A stretch of 64,000 nucleotides of DNA, from contig JBEKHW010000002.1 of assembly GCA_050012075.1 (NCBI GenBank), positions 126,889 to 190,888 of the forward strand, read 5' to 3'. The position numbers were made by a program, and so were the translations under genes. The notes below the pieces were generated by a model, which did no database searches, was not told the origin of the DNA, and saw only the letters and a program-made list of their open reading frames with translations. This stretch comes from Candidatus Omnitrophota bacterium. GTDB taxonomy: Bacteria; Omnitrophota; Gorgyraeia; Gygaellales; Profunditerraquicolaceae. This document shows, piece after piece, positions 21,099 to 31,511 of the stretch (positions are counted from its first letter, which is position 1; every line of letters starts with the position of its first letter).

Positions 21099-22238
21099 AT
21101 GAGAATAGCCATTAGCCTGATTTCCAGCGTTGATTACGGAGGCGTTACTTATGCCAGGAATTTGATTTTGGCCCTGGCAGAAAATGACAAATTAAATAAA
21201 TACTATATTTATGCCGCCAATCCCGAACTCTTCCAGGAAATACCGCAGCAGGATAATTTCTTTTTTAAGAAATGCAAAATAAACCATAAATCGCTTCTTG
21301 TTCGTTTTTTGTGGGAACAATTTATATTGCCGTATCATTTAAGCCGGATTAAGGCGGATCTGCTTTTTACCGCCAAGAATATTACGGTTTTTTTTGCTCC
21401 ATGTAAGGCCGTTATCGCGATTCAAAATATGGAGCCATTTTTTTTTACCAGATACGATAATGATTGGAAACTGAATATCCGCTCCTATTTAAAGAAGTTC
21501 TTTAGCGAGATGTCGCTAAGGAGAGCGGAAGGGGTTATTTCCGTTTCAGCGTTTAGCCGTAGGTCCATAGAGAAAGTTTACCCCGGAGTGAAAGATAAGA
21601 TTACCGTTATTTACAATGGGAATCCGCTTCAGGGTGTTTCTATTAGTGATGACAGCGAGCCAGGGCAGAAACCATATTTTCTTTCTTCCTCAAAGTTTGT
21701 CGCTTACGCAAACCAGCTAAACTTGGTAAACGGATACGTCCTATTAAACAGAAAAGTTAAAGATCTTCCCCCTCTGTGGCTTGTAGGAGGAAAATTCGAT
21801 AATAAGTATTTTAATAAGATAAATAATTTTGTGAAAGAAAATGGTCTTGAGCAAAAGATCATTATTTTAGGTTTTTTGCCTTATGAGCGCCTAATTAAAT
21901 TATACCGGAAAAGCAGTTTATTCTTATTTCCTTCTACGTTAGAAGCCTGTCCGCAAACCCTGATTGAAGCCATGTCTTGCGGCGCTTCTATAGTCGCTTC
22001 GTGCTCTGAACCGATGCCGGAGATATGCGTAGATGCCGCTGTTTATTTTGACCCGTATTCTCCGGAGGATATATGCGATAAGATTGAAGAAGTGTATCTC
22101 AACACAGGCCTGCGGGAAAAACTCAGTAAATTGGCATTGGAGCGCAGCAGGTTTTTTGATTGGAATAGGATCGCGGTAGAAACAATAGATTTCTTTCACA
22201 GAATAGCAGTTGATAAAAAGACGCAGGGGGTAGCTTAA
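21099..22238 (+). CDS. Glycosyltransferase family 4
   Basis: FPSTLEACPQTLIEAMSCG (EX7E), YFDP. Confidence 0.85.
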   Translation: MRIAISLISSVDYGGVTYARNLILALAENDKLNKYYIYAANPELFQEIPQQDNFFFKKCKINHKSLLVRFLWEQFILPYHLSRIKADLLFTAKNITVFFAPCKAVIAIQNMEPFFFTRYDNDWKLNIRSYLKKFFSEMSLRRAEGVISVSAFSRRSIEKVYPGVKDKITVIYNGNPLQGVSISDDSEPGQKPYFLSSSKFVAYANQLNLVNGYVLLNRKVKDLPPLWLVGGKFDNKYFNKINNFVKENGLEQKIIILGFLPYERLIKLYRKSSLFLFPSTLEACPQTLIEAMSCGASIVASCSEPMPEICVDAAVYFDPYSPEDICDKIEEVYLNTGLREKLSKLALERSRFFDWNRIAVETIDFFHRIAVDKKTQGVA

Positions 22239-22243
22239 TAAGA

Positions 22244-23473
22244 ATGAAGATTATTCTGGTAACCGCATCTTATCCTCCCGAAATCAGGGCAATCTCCTTG
22301 ATGATGCGTCAACTTGCAGAAGGCCTGCAAAAAAAAGGCCATGAAGTAATAGTTGTTACAGCTTACCCTAAGCGTAATCTATCCTCATCAGAAAAAAATC
22401 GCGTATTCAGGGAAACTGAGCTTGAGGATAATATCAGGGTAATCAGGATCAAGGCGCCTCCCATAAGCAATATCGGATATATCGCGAGGGGCCTGTTTCA
22501 ATTATTACTGCCTTTTATTTTTATTTTTAAGGCCGGAAAGTTGATAAAAGAGAAGATAGATGCGGTTATCGTATATTCTCCTCCGCTGCCTTTAGCTTTA
22601 TTCGGAATGTGGGCAAAAAAACATTATAAGGCTAAATTCATGCTGAATGTCCAGGATATATTTCCCCAGAATGCCGTAGATTTAGGCATCCTGAAAAATA
22701 AGGCAATCATAAAGTTCTTCGAGTTCATTGAAAAAAAAGCATATAAGTCTGCTGATATAATCACAGCGCATACGGATAGTAGCAGAAAGTTCCTGGTTAG
22801 TAATAAGAACGTTCCAGAAAGCAAGATAGGGGTTGTTTATAATTGGATCGACATCGATTCATACCATAATATCAATCCCAAAGGCTTCTATAGAAAATTA
22901 TATAACCTGGAAGGGAAATTTGTTTTTCTTTTTACCGGCGTGATCGGGCCGTCGCAAGGCCTGGATTTCATACTTAAGGTTGCCCAAATGGTATTGGATA
23001 TTCCTGAAATTATTTTTCTTATAATCGGCGAAGGGACAGAGAAAGAAAAGTTACGTAAGGCGGCAAGCAAGTTAATGGTTACGAACATCATATTCGGTGA
23101 TTATGTGCCTCTTAAAGAATACCCTGCCTTAGTAAAGGAAATGGATGTAGGGTTGGTTTGTTTGAGTATGTTGAATAAGACGCCGGTAATTCCGGGAAAG
23201 ATTATTGGATTTATGGCTGCATCTCTTCCCGTGGCAGCTTTTCTTAATAAGGAAAGCGATGCCCATATCTTAATCCGGCAAGCCAGGGCAGGATATTCTG
23301 CGTATTCATGCGATGTAAAAAAAGCCGCGGAAGTTATAAAAAGTGTCTTTATTGATAAAGACAACCTTCGTTATTTTGCCGAAAGTGGATATCAATACGC
23401 GAGAAATAATTTTTCAGAAGATATATGCATTGATAAGTTACATAAGCTGTTGATCAATATTGTGAGATACTAA
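22244..23473 (+). CDS. Glycosyltransferase family 4, WbuB-like
   Basis: YPPE, YSPPL, VQDIFPQNAVDLG, NWID, PGKI. Confidence 0.85.
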   Translation: MKIILVTASYPPEIRAISLMMRQLAEGLQKKGHEVIVVTAYPKRNLSSSEKNRVFRETELEDNIRVIRIKAPPISNIGYIARGLFQLLLPFIFIFKAGKLIKEKIDAVIVYSPPLPLALFGMWAKKHYKAKFMLNVQDIFPQNAVDLGILKNKAIIKFFEFIEKKAYKSADIITAHTDSSRKFLVSNKNVPESKIGVVYNWIDIDSYHNINPKGFYRKLYNLEGKFVFLFTGVIGPSQGLDFILKVAQMVLDIPEIIFLIIGEGTEKEKLRKAASKLMVTNIIFGDYVPLKEYPALVKEMDVGLVCLSMLNKTPVIPGKIIGFMAASLPVAAFLNKESDAHILIRQARAGYSAYSCDVKKAAEVIKSVFIDKDNLRYFAESGYQYARNNFSEDICIDKLHKLLINIVRY

Positions 23474-23488
23474 GTCAGGGGAGGAAGT

Positions 23489-25531
23489 TTGGTTATTTTA
23501 TTATTCATATCCCTAATCGGTTATTTTCTTTTTATAGCAAAGATTTCTCGGTGGCCAATCGCCGTTATTCCTCTGCTAACGGTTTGCATGCTTACAAACC
23601 TATTGTATTTATTCGGTATTTTTAATAGGCTGGCACTAGGAGCACATATTTTATTTTATGCAGGCCTTGCGTCATTCGCATGTTATTTACTCGTTTGCCT
23701 CAAAGAAAAGAAATTTCCTTATTCAGAAATCTCTGAACCAGGATTAATTATTTTCTGTTTTTATTTCTGCGTATTATATTTTACCTGCCGATACTTATCA
23801 TATTATAGCTGGGACGAGTTTTCCCATTGGGGGTTCTTTACTAAAGAGATAGTTTCTACGAATGCCTTGATAAATTCAGAAAGCGCTTTGGCCTGTAAAA
23901 ATTACCCTCCGGGAGCCCAGATGTTCCATTATTTTATCACTTCTATTGTCGGTTATTCGGAAGGTTTGGTATATTTTTCCCATAATCTATTTCTCGCTTC
24001 ATCGTTTACGTTATTTTTTCAAAGAAACACCTGGAAAGAATCTTATACTATTGCATTAATTATTTTAATTACTTATTTAATGGTATTCTTTTTTGGTTTT
24101 TTTAGCCTAACACTTTATGTTGACCATATTATAGGTACTGTTTTTGGAATGTCTATCGTGAGCTATTTCCTATTTCGGGGCAATAGCAATAAGGGCCGCC
24201 TGGTTTACCTTATCCCGATTCTTTTCTTTTTGCCCTTGGTAAAAACTATTGGATTGTTTTTTGCAATAAGTATTGCCGCAGTAGTCATTTTTGATTACCT
24301 TTATCTTTTTTGCCAAAGAAACTGGTTTTATGGAAATCAATTTGTTGCCATCGGTACAAAATCTAACCTTCCCCTTAATTCTGAATCAGCAGGTATAATA
24401 AATAAATTTTTGATTATAATTCTCCTAACAGGACTCGTAAGCAGTCCTTTTGTATTTAGGGAGTCGTGGAAAAGGCAGCTTAATAAAATGAAAATCGAGG
24501 AGGGATGGACTTCTACTGTTTCCCTTGATAAGATAAAAAAAACATTTTCCAAAGAACATGCTACGCAGAAGGATAAGGAAACTTTAATAAATTTTACGAA
24601 GGTATTTCTTACGGAACCGGTCCTGTCAGGATCCAGAAGGAGCTTATTGGGCAAATATATCAAGAACAAGGAAGCAATGTCTGCTGGTTCTTTATTCTTG
24701 ATTTTCTTAGTAATGGGTTTAATCTGCGTATTGCTACAACCAACTCCGGAAAGGCGCCGTCGTGCTTTGATTTGTCAGGTAACCATGAGTTTTTCTTTTA
24801 TTTGCTTTAGTTTGATTCTCCTCTTAGGCTACTTATATGTATTCGGTGAGTATGAAGGTGTCCGTATTGCTTCATTCAGCCGTTATATAAGCATATTCTT
24901 TCTTGGGTGGGCACTTGTAATTATCGGATTTTTTGTGGCAATTCAAAAGGAAGCAGTCTGGCAGTATCGGTTATCGCGGAAATTATTAGCGGTAATTTTA
25001 GTTTTTTTAATCCTTTGTTCTCCACCAGCAGCTGCGAAATTATTTTATTCTCCGCTGAAGCCGCAGTTACAAAAATGTTTTAAATATTTTGGATATACGA
25101 AAAAGGATTATCTCAGCGCTAATTCTGAAACAGAGCGGGTATTGCAAATCCGCCTTCAACTGGAACAGAGTTTGCCGATTATCAATAAGTATTGCCCTTT
25201 AAATTCGCGTATTTACTATATATGGCAAAATGACTTGGGTCTAAATCTTTGGATAATGGCTTATAATATTTGTCCGCGAAAGATAAATACTTGGGGGTGG
25301 TCGGTTGGAAAACCATATTATGAAGGAGACGTTTGGACTCAAAATTATACCCCTTCGCAGTTATCAGATGTTTTAAAGGAGTATGATTATATACTAATCG
25401 GTAGGGCAGATGATAATTTCTGGAAAGGATATAGAGTGTTATTTAAGGGCATTGACAAACCAGAAAAGGGAATTTTGTTTAAAATAGAAAAAAACACTGA
25501 AGGGAATATTATAATAAAAGAAATTGAGTAA
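23489..25531 (+). CDS. Large integral membrane protein, putative GT-C fold
   Basis: WDEFSHWG loop motif, YPPG, many TM segments, soluble C-terminus. Confidence 0.55.
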   Translation: MVILLFISLIGYFLFIAKISRWPIAVIPLLTVCMLTNLLYLFGIFNRLALGAHILFYAGLASFACYLLVCLKEKKFPYSEISEPGLIIFCFYFCVLYFTCRYLSYYSWDEFSHWGFFTKEIVSTNALINSESALACKNYPPGAQMFHYFITSIVGYSEGLVYFSHNLFLASSFTLFFQRNTWKESYTIALIILITYLMVFFFGFFSLTLYVDHIIGTVFGMSIVSYFLFRGNSNKGRLVYLIPILFFLPLVKTIGLFFAISIAAVVIFDYLYLFCQRNWFYGNQFVAIGTKSNLPLNSESAGIINKFLIIILLTGLVSSPFVFRESWKRQLNKMKIEEGWTSTVSLDKIKKTFSKEHATQKDKETLINFTKVFLTEPVLSGSRRSLLGKYIKNKEAMSAGSLFLIFLVMGLICVLLQPTPERRRRALICQVTMSFSFICFSLILLLGYLYVFGEYEGVRIASFSRYISIFFLGWALVIIGFFVAIQKEAVWQYRLSRKLLAVILVFLILCSPPAAAKLFYSPLKPQLQKCFKYFGYTKKDYLSANSETERVLQIRLQLEQSLPIINKYCPLNSRIYYIWQNDLGLNLWIMAYNICPRKINTWGWSVGKPYYEGDVWTQNYTPSQLSDVLKEYDYILIGRADDNFWKGYRVLFKGIDKPEKGILFKIEKNTEGNIIIKEIE

Positions 25532-25544
25532 CTGCAATACCGCC

Positions 25545-26669
25545 ATGGATAAGTTTAATACGACTATCGTTGGGGCAGGGGTAATAGGGCTTGCAATTGC
25601 CAATGAGTTATCAAAGAGAAATAGCTCTGTTCTGCTTGTCGAGAGAAACATCAATTTTGGTATGGAGACCAGTTCCCGCAATAGCGAAGTAATTCACGCC
25701 GGTATATATTATCCCCCTCTTTCTTTGAAAGCTACTACTTGCGTAGAAGGGAATAGGCTGCTTTATGAAATATGCCGGAATAACGGGATTCCCCATAAAA
25801 GGATAGGGAAATTGATTGTTGCTTTGGATAAAGTTGAAGCTGTAGAATTGAGCAGGCTTTATGAAAATGCGCGAAGTAACGGAGTTGAAGATATTGAAAT
25901 GCTCTCAAAAGAAAATATTGCCAAGCTGGAACCTAATATCAATGCCTATACAGCCATATATTCAAGATCAACGGGAATAATTGATTCTCACTCTTTAATG
26001 GAATATTATCTGGATGAGGCTAAGGGCAGGGGGTGTATGGTTTCATTTAAGACCAAACTAGAGGCGATTGAGAAGCTGCCGGGAGGATATAAGGTTACCG
26101 TGATTGACAGTGACGCAGAGAGAGTATCTTTTATTTCTGAAAGAGTAGTAAATGCAGCCGGCCTTGAATCGGATAATATTGCAAGGCTTGCGGGAATTGA
26201 TATAGAAAAGGAGGGGTATGTTTTGGAATACTGGAAAGGGCAGTATTTTAAGATCACCCAGAGTAAAAGCAATTTAATCGCAAGGTTGGTTTATCCTTTG
26301 CCTCATAAGGCGCTAACCGGCTTGGGAATCCATGCTACGATTAATTTAGGCGGTACGGTGCGATTAGGCCCTGACCATAAGCGTATTGAACGGAATGAGT
26401 TTGACTATAATGTTGATTTTCGAGATGCAGCCTCTTTTTTAAGCGCCGCTCGAAAATATATGCCTTTCCTTAGAAAAGAGGATATGTCGCCTGATACTTC
26501 CGGGATACGGCCAAAACTTCAGTCACCGAATGGAGATTTCCGAGATTTCATAATTCAGGAAGAATCAAAGTCTGGGCTTGCCGGTTTTGTGAATCTTGTC
26601 GGCATTGAATCTCCCGGCCTGACCGCGAGCCCGGCAATCGCCCGGCACGTTAATAAGTTATTCAGTTAA
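25545..26669 (+). CDS. FAD-dependent oxidoreductase, L-2-hydroxyglutarate oxidase-like
   Basis: GAGVIG, ETSSRNSEVIHAGIYY, GIRPK, GIESPGLTAS. Confidence 0.85.
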   Translation: MDKFNTTIVGAGVIGLAIANELSKRNSSVLLVERNINFGMETSSRNSEVIHAGIYYPPLSLKATTCVEGNRLLYEICRNNGIPHKRIGKLIVALDKVEAVELSRLYENARSNGVEDIEMLSKENIAKLEPNINAYTAIYSRSTGIIDSHSLMEYYLDEAKGRGCMVSFKTKLEAIEKLPGGYKVTVIDSDAERVSFISERVVNAAGLESDNIARLAGIDIEKEGYVLEYWKGQYFKITQSKSNLIARLVYPLPHKALTGLGIHATINLGGTVRLGPDHKRIERNEFDYNVDFRDAASFLSAARKYMPFLRKEDMSPDTSGIRPKLQSPNGDFRDFIIQEESKSGLAGFVNLVGIESPGLTASPAIARHVNKLFS

Positions 26670-26680
26670 TCCGTTAATTA

Positions 26681-26689
26681 TGGTAAAAT
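26681..26689 (+). promoter_or_regulatory. Extended -10 promoter (TGgTAAAAT), probably leaderless
   Basis: 6 nt upstream of ATG 26696; no SD sequence. Confidence 0.5.
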
Positions 26690-26695
26690 AACACG

Positions 26696-27907
26696 ATGCT
26701 TTTTTATATTTCATTATTTTTAGCCGATTTAGCTGCGGTGTATTTTGGCTTCCTGACAGCCGCGTATTTACACTTCTTAAGTTTGCCGGCCCTCATTGAG
26801 TTCCTGAACCGGCATCTCATATTATGTAACGGTTTAACGTTGGTATATTTGGCTTGTTTTATTTTTAAAGGCTCCTACCCGCGTCGTTTTTGCTCAAGAT
26901 GGAAGCTGTTAAAAACACTGTTTTGGGCTCTCTTGTTCGGGATGGTCTGCGGAATGAGTTTTGCTTATATATTCCGCTTTGAATGGGGTAATTTTCCAAG
27001 CAGTATTTTTGTAATCTCTTTTCCGGTTATTTTACTTCTTTTATTCTGCATGAATGAAATTATCTATAGCCATAGCGGTAAATTAAGGAGGAATGTTCTG
27101 TTTGTCGGAGAAGCTCAATTAACAGAGCCCCAAAAATTTTTAAGTACCGATATAGATGATATTGTCATAACCACTAATAAAATAAATTCTGAACAGATAT
27201 ATTTATTGCTGGATATCGCAAACAGGATGAATATTAAGCTTTCGGTCTTGCCGGCTTTATATGACAGGGTTTTTTCCAGCAAGGAAAACGAGAGAGATGA
27301 ATTCCTGTATTTATTGCCCGCATATTTTTATGCCAGGACCGACGAACATCTTCTGAGGATATCTGATATTATGATAGCGATAACATTGTTGTTTTTTTTC
27401 CTGCCCCTTATGTTTTTGATAGCGGTATTAATAAAGATAGATTCTCCCGGCCCTGTGATATATAAGCAGCTAAGGGTCGGATTAAACGGAATGGTATTCA
27501 ATCTTTATAAATTTCGTTCCATGTTCGTCAATTCCGAACAAAGCAGCCGTTCTACGGGGGTGGATTTAAACGAGGATACCAGAGTTACCGCTATCGGCCG
27601 TGTTTTGAGAAGGACAAGGCTGGATGAGTTGCCGCAGATTATTAACGTATTGCGTGCGCATATGAGCATGGTAGGGCCGCGCCCGGAGGCATTGTATCGT
27701 GTTAGAGAGCATCGCGCGCTTCAGGGGATACGTTTATGCGTCCGTCCCGGCCTTACCGGATTGGCGCAGATAGAAGGTTCCTACCATACCAAGCCCAGCA
27801 ACAAATTACGATACGATTATTTGTATATCAGGAACCGCTCGTTGTTGTTGAATCTTAATATCCTTGCCAGGACGGTTTTGGTTATTTTATTTAGAAAAGG
27901 GAGCTAA
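26696..27907 (+). CDS. Priming polyprenyl-phosphate sugar-phosphotransferase
   Basis: KFRSM, TRLDELPQ, MSMVGPRPE, PGLTGLAQ; N-terminal TMs. Confidence 0.9.
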   Translation: MLFYISLFLADLAAVYFGFLTAAYLHFLSLPALIEFLNRHLILCNGLTLVYLACFIFKGSYPRRFCSRWKLLKTLFWALLFGMVCGMSFAYIFRFEWGNFPSSIFVISFPVILLLLFCMNEIIYSHSGKLRRNVLFVGEAQLTEPQKFLSTDIDDIVITTNKINSEQIYLLLDIANRMNIKLSVLPALYDRVFSSKENERDEFLYLLPAYFYARTDEHLLRISDIMIAITLLFFFLPLMFLIAVLIKIDSPGPVIYKQLRVGLNGMVFNLYKFRSMFVNSEQSSRSTGVDLNEDTRVTAIGRVLRRTRLDELPQIINVLRAHMSMVGPRPEALYRVREHRALQGIRLCVRPGLTGLAQIEGSYHTKPSNKLRYDYLYIRNRSLLLNLNILARTVLVILFRKGS

Positions 27908-29154
27908 TGAAAGACAGGATAGTAACTTATTGCGACCGCATTATCGCGTATTGTTTGTATATTTCTTTTTTCTGTATCCCCTTTGCAAAAGCGGGAGTTG
28001 AAACTTTTATCTGGCTGGCTCTATTCTTATGGTTCGTAAAGAAGGCGGCCGGATACAGAATAGGCGGCTTGTCTGGCTTAATCCCCTCCACTGAATTAAA
28101 TAAGGCATTGGTAGCATTTGTGTTAATTAATGTTTTTGCGGTAATATTTGGCACGAGCCTCGCTTTATCCATCAGGGGATTCTTTGGGAAGATATTGAAA
28201 TTTATGGCAATTTATTTTATGGTAGTTGAAACTATCAATACAGATAAGCGCCTGAGGAATTTTCTATCGATAATGGTTTTTTCCGTAACCCTAATAATAT
28301 TTGATGGGGCAGTGCAGTATTTTCATGGATTTGATTTTTTAAGAGGATATCCGTATGCCAGGCTTAGGGCTTCTTTTCCTACGGCCAATACCTTTGCAGG
28401 ATGGTTGATATTTATGATACCGGTAATTCTGGTCTTGTCGACGCTTGTCAAAAATGACACTTTTATAGGTAAATTTAAGAAGGACATATTAATATCTATC
28501 TTCGTTATATTATTGGTTGGCCTGGTATTAAGTTATTCGCGAGGAGCCTGGATAGGTTTGCTTTTCGGCTTTAGTTTCTTCGGTTATTGCGCGATTAGGG
28601 TCTCCTACTTCAAAAGAAAATATCTATTTATATTGGGAGGCCTGTTTATTTTATTATTGGTTTTACTTTTCGGCAATTTACATGTCAAATCCGAAGAGTC
28701 AATAAGAGAGAGAATTAGATCAATAGCTACTATAAAAGATCAAGCTGTTTTAATCAGGCTGGGTCTTTGGAAGGAGTCATTGAAGATCATTCGTGATTAT
28801 CCTTTTATCGGATGCGGATTGAATAATTATTCGGTAGTAGCTCCAAAGTATAAAATTTCTTATTCTGGCGGGGGGTATACGCATAATTCTTACCTCCAGA
28901 TGGCGGCAGAAACAGGTTTACTGGGTTTGTCTTCTTTCCTTTGGATTCTATTCACTTTTTTTAAAATGGGGCTACGTCATTTTAAGAAAAGTAAGAATTA
29001 TCTGGTTTTAGGGCTATTATCCGGCATTTTGGCATTCTCGGTGCACGCTTTTTTTGACACGCACCTTTATTCGTTGCAACTGGTAGTCTTATTCTGGTTT
29101 ATGCTGGGATTGGCGGTTGCGGTGATGAAATTAGAGTCAAATATGGAAAAATGA
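27907..29154 (+). CDS. O-antigen ligase family protein
   Basis: SYSRGAW, RLGLW, GCGLNN, HNSYLQMAAETG. Confidence 0.85.
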   Translation: MKDRIVTYCDRIIAYCLYISFFCIPFAKAGVETFIWLALFLWFVKKAAGYRIGGLSGLIPSTELNKALVAFVLINVFAVIFGTSLALSIRGFFGKILKFMAIYFMVVETINTDKRLRNFLSIMVFSVTLIIFDGAVQYFHGFDFLRGYPYARLRASFPTANTFAGWLIFMIPVILVLSTLVKNDTFIGKFKKDILISIFVILLVGLVLSYSRGAWIGLLFGFSFFGYCAIRVSYFKRKYLFILGGLFILLLVLLFGNLHVKSEESIRERIRSIATIKDQAVLIRLGLWKESLKIIRDYPFIGCGLNNYSVVAPKYKISYSGGGYTHNSYLQMAAETGLLGLSSFLWILFTFFKMGLRHFKKSKNYLVLGLLSGILAFSVHAFFDTHLYSLQLVVLFWFMLGLAVAVMKLESNMEK

Positions 29155-31469
29155 AGATCGATAAACTTAGAAGCGCAACTATAAAAAGGGGCGGTTCCCT
29201 GCAGGGACAGCCCATTTTTATTTTATCGGTTTCTGTCATAGGATTAAGCGGCATCGTAGCGCAGGTAATGCTCCTGCGCGAATTACTGATAAGTTTATAC
29301 GGCAATGAATTAACCATAGGCATAATCCTGGCAAACTGGATAATCTCCGAGGGGCTTGGCGCCATACTGGTAGGAAGGCTTATTGAAAGAGTAAAAGATA
29401 AACTAAATGTATTTATCATACTACAGGTAGCTTTTTCTTTAATATTGCCTGCTGCTATTTATTTTTGCCGCACTTTCAAAACACTATCAGGAGTTCCTTA
29501 CGGGCAGGGGATTGGGCTGGGTGAGATTTTTTTATCATCTTTTCTGATAATCCTGCCTGTAAGCTTCTGCCACGGCGGGTTATTTGCTTGTCTATGCAAG
29601 TTAGGTACTTCTTATACAAAAGAAAGAGAGTTTTCCCTGGGGAAAGTTTATTTCTGGGAGACCGCCGGCTCTATTGCCGGGGGCCTTGCATTCACTTACA
29701 TTTTAGCCCGCTATCTTAATTCTTTTCAGATAGCCACAGTTATAGCCATAGCCAACCTTGCAATATGCATATTTTTCTTTGGGAAGAATAAACCCGTCTA
29801 TAAGTATGCCGTCATTTTGCTGATAGTTGTAATTGGTTACCTGTATCCTGCCGGCATAGTAAATGCAATCCACCGTTTTTCATTAAAGGAGCAATGGAAG
29901 CCGCATAATCTGGTAGATTACCGTAATTCAGTCTATGGAAATATCGCCGTAACAGAGGAGAACGGTCAAAGCACATTTTTCTATAACGGCCTGCCCATAA
30001 TCACGACCCCCTATCCTGATATAACTTTTATGCAGGAGTTTGGAAATCTGCCGCTATTGTTTCATAATAATCCCGGGGATATCCTTATTATAGGCGCCGG
30101 AGCGGGGGGACTGATAAATGAAACCATAAAGCACCCTTTAAATAAGATCGATTACGCGGAATTAGATCCCTTGATTATACGTATACTTGAGAGGCATCAT
30201 TCTGCGTTGACTACCAGAGAGCTTTCAGATAAGCGTGTCCGGGTTATCCCGCAAGACGGCAGGTTTTTTGTATACAATAGCCGCAATAAATATGATGTAA
30301 TCCTGATAGGATTATCTAATCCCTCTGAATTATCTACGAGCCGCTTTTTTACCGCAGAATTCTTCTTTTCGCTTAAGATGCGGCTTAATCCGCAAGGCGT
30401 TATCGCGTTCTGGCTGCCTGGCTCATCTTCGTACATAGGGCCTGACCTGAAAGACCTTAATGGCTGCATACTTAATGCCGCCAAGACCGCCTATTCTTAT
30501 CTACGCGTTATTCCCGGTGATTACAATATAGTTATGGCATCAGGTGACAGCGGCATTGATAAAGTCGACGCAGCCTTGGTTTACGAACGGTTAATTAAGC
30601 GTAATGTCAAGGCACCCATTCTTACTTCTAAATATCTTGAATACCGGTTAAGCGGGGAACGGATAGCCTGGTTTAACCGCGCCATGGCAGGTGCTACAGA
30701 GAAGGTTAACCGCGATCTTATGCCCTTTGCTATGTTCGAAACGCTTATTCTCTGGAGTAAAGAGTTTTCCGGCCCGTTAGTGTATATTCTTGAATTTTTA
30801 AAGGGGCTGCAATTAAGGCATATTTTTATAATTATATTAATCATCTATCTTGCGCTACTGTCTATTTTTCGTTCCAGGCGTAGCCTTTTAAAGCCAGGAA
30901 TAAGCTACGCTATCCTAACTACGGGATTCTATGGTATGACCGTAAACCTTATTCTCATATTCAGTTTCCAGGTATTCTACGGTTATCTGTATCAGAATAT
31001 CGGAATCCTGATAAGCATTTTTATGGCAGGTATTGCCCTGGGAAGTATATATATCACAGGTAATCTCGCAAAGATTAAAGATCCGGTAGGCCTTTTCATA
31101 AAGACAGAGGCGTTAACAGGGTTATTTGCCTGTATCCTGGCATTAATACTGGTTCAATTAGGTTATATGCGTTCTTCGGCGTATTTAATTTTTATGGTTA
31201 TGTTTTTTATCGCGGGGCTACCGTTGGGGCTTGAATTTCCATTAGCCGGAAAAATATACCTGGAAGGAAGAAACAATACAGGAGAGGTCGCGGGCCTCCT
31301 TTATTTTCTTGACCTTCTAGGCGGTTGGTTCGCGGGGCTCTTGGCAGGCGTAGTGCTCATTCCTGTCTTGGGAGTTTTTGCTACCTGTATGGCACTTGCG
31401 CTATTAAAATTAAGCAGCGTAGGCCTGCTTTTTGCGGCAAAGAATGGGTTGACAAGAGGAGCTATTTAA
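29151..31469 (+). CDS. Membrane-fused spermidine synthase-like protein
   Basis: N- and C-terminal TM blocks around a SAM-binding domain (LIIGAGAGG, ELDP, DGR). Confidence 0.8.
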   Translation: MKIDKLRSATIKRGGSLQGQPIFILSVSVIGLSGIVAQVMLLRELLISLYGNELTIGIILANWIISEGLGAILVGRLIERVKDKLNVFIILQVAFSLILPAAIYFCRTFKTLSGVPYGQGIGLGEIFLSSFLIILPVSFCHGGLFACLCKLGTSYTKEREFSLGKVYFWETAGSIAGGLAFTYILARYLNSFQIATVIAIANLAICIFFFGKNKPVYKYAVILLIVVIGYLYPAGIVNAIHRFSLKEQWKPHNLVDYRNSVYGNIAVTEENGQSTFFYNGLPIITTPYPDITFMQEFGNLPLLFHNNPGDILIIGAGAGGLINETIKHPLNKIDYAELDPLIIRILERHHSALTTRELSDKRVRVIPQDGRFFVYNSRNKYDVILIGLSNPSELSTSRFFTAEFFFSLKMRLNPQGVIAFWLPGSSSYIGPDLKDLNGCILNAAKTAYSYLRVIPGDYNIVMASGDSGIDKVDAALVYERLIKRNVKAPILTSKYLEYRLSGERIAWFNRAMAGATEKVNRDLMPFAMFETLILWSKEFSGPLVYILEFLKGLQLRHIFIIILIIYLALLSIFRSRRSLLKPGISYAILTTGFYGMTVNLILIFSFQVFYGYLYQNIGILISIFMAGIALGSIYITGNLAKIKDPVGLFIKTEALTGLFACILALILVQLGYMRSSAYLIFMVMFFIAGLPLGLEFPLAGKIYLEGRNNTGEVAGLLYFLDLLGGWFAGLLAGVVLIPVLGVFATCMALALLKLSSVGLLFAAKNGLTRGAI

Positions 31470-31477
31470 TATATATT
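31449..31477 (+). promoter_or_regulatory. Sigma70 promoter for pgk operon
   Basis: TTGACA-17-TATATT. Confidence 0.7.
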
Positions 31478-31511
31478 ATCTCTTCTATTAATCAAGGGGG
31501 GGTATTAGGAA

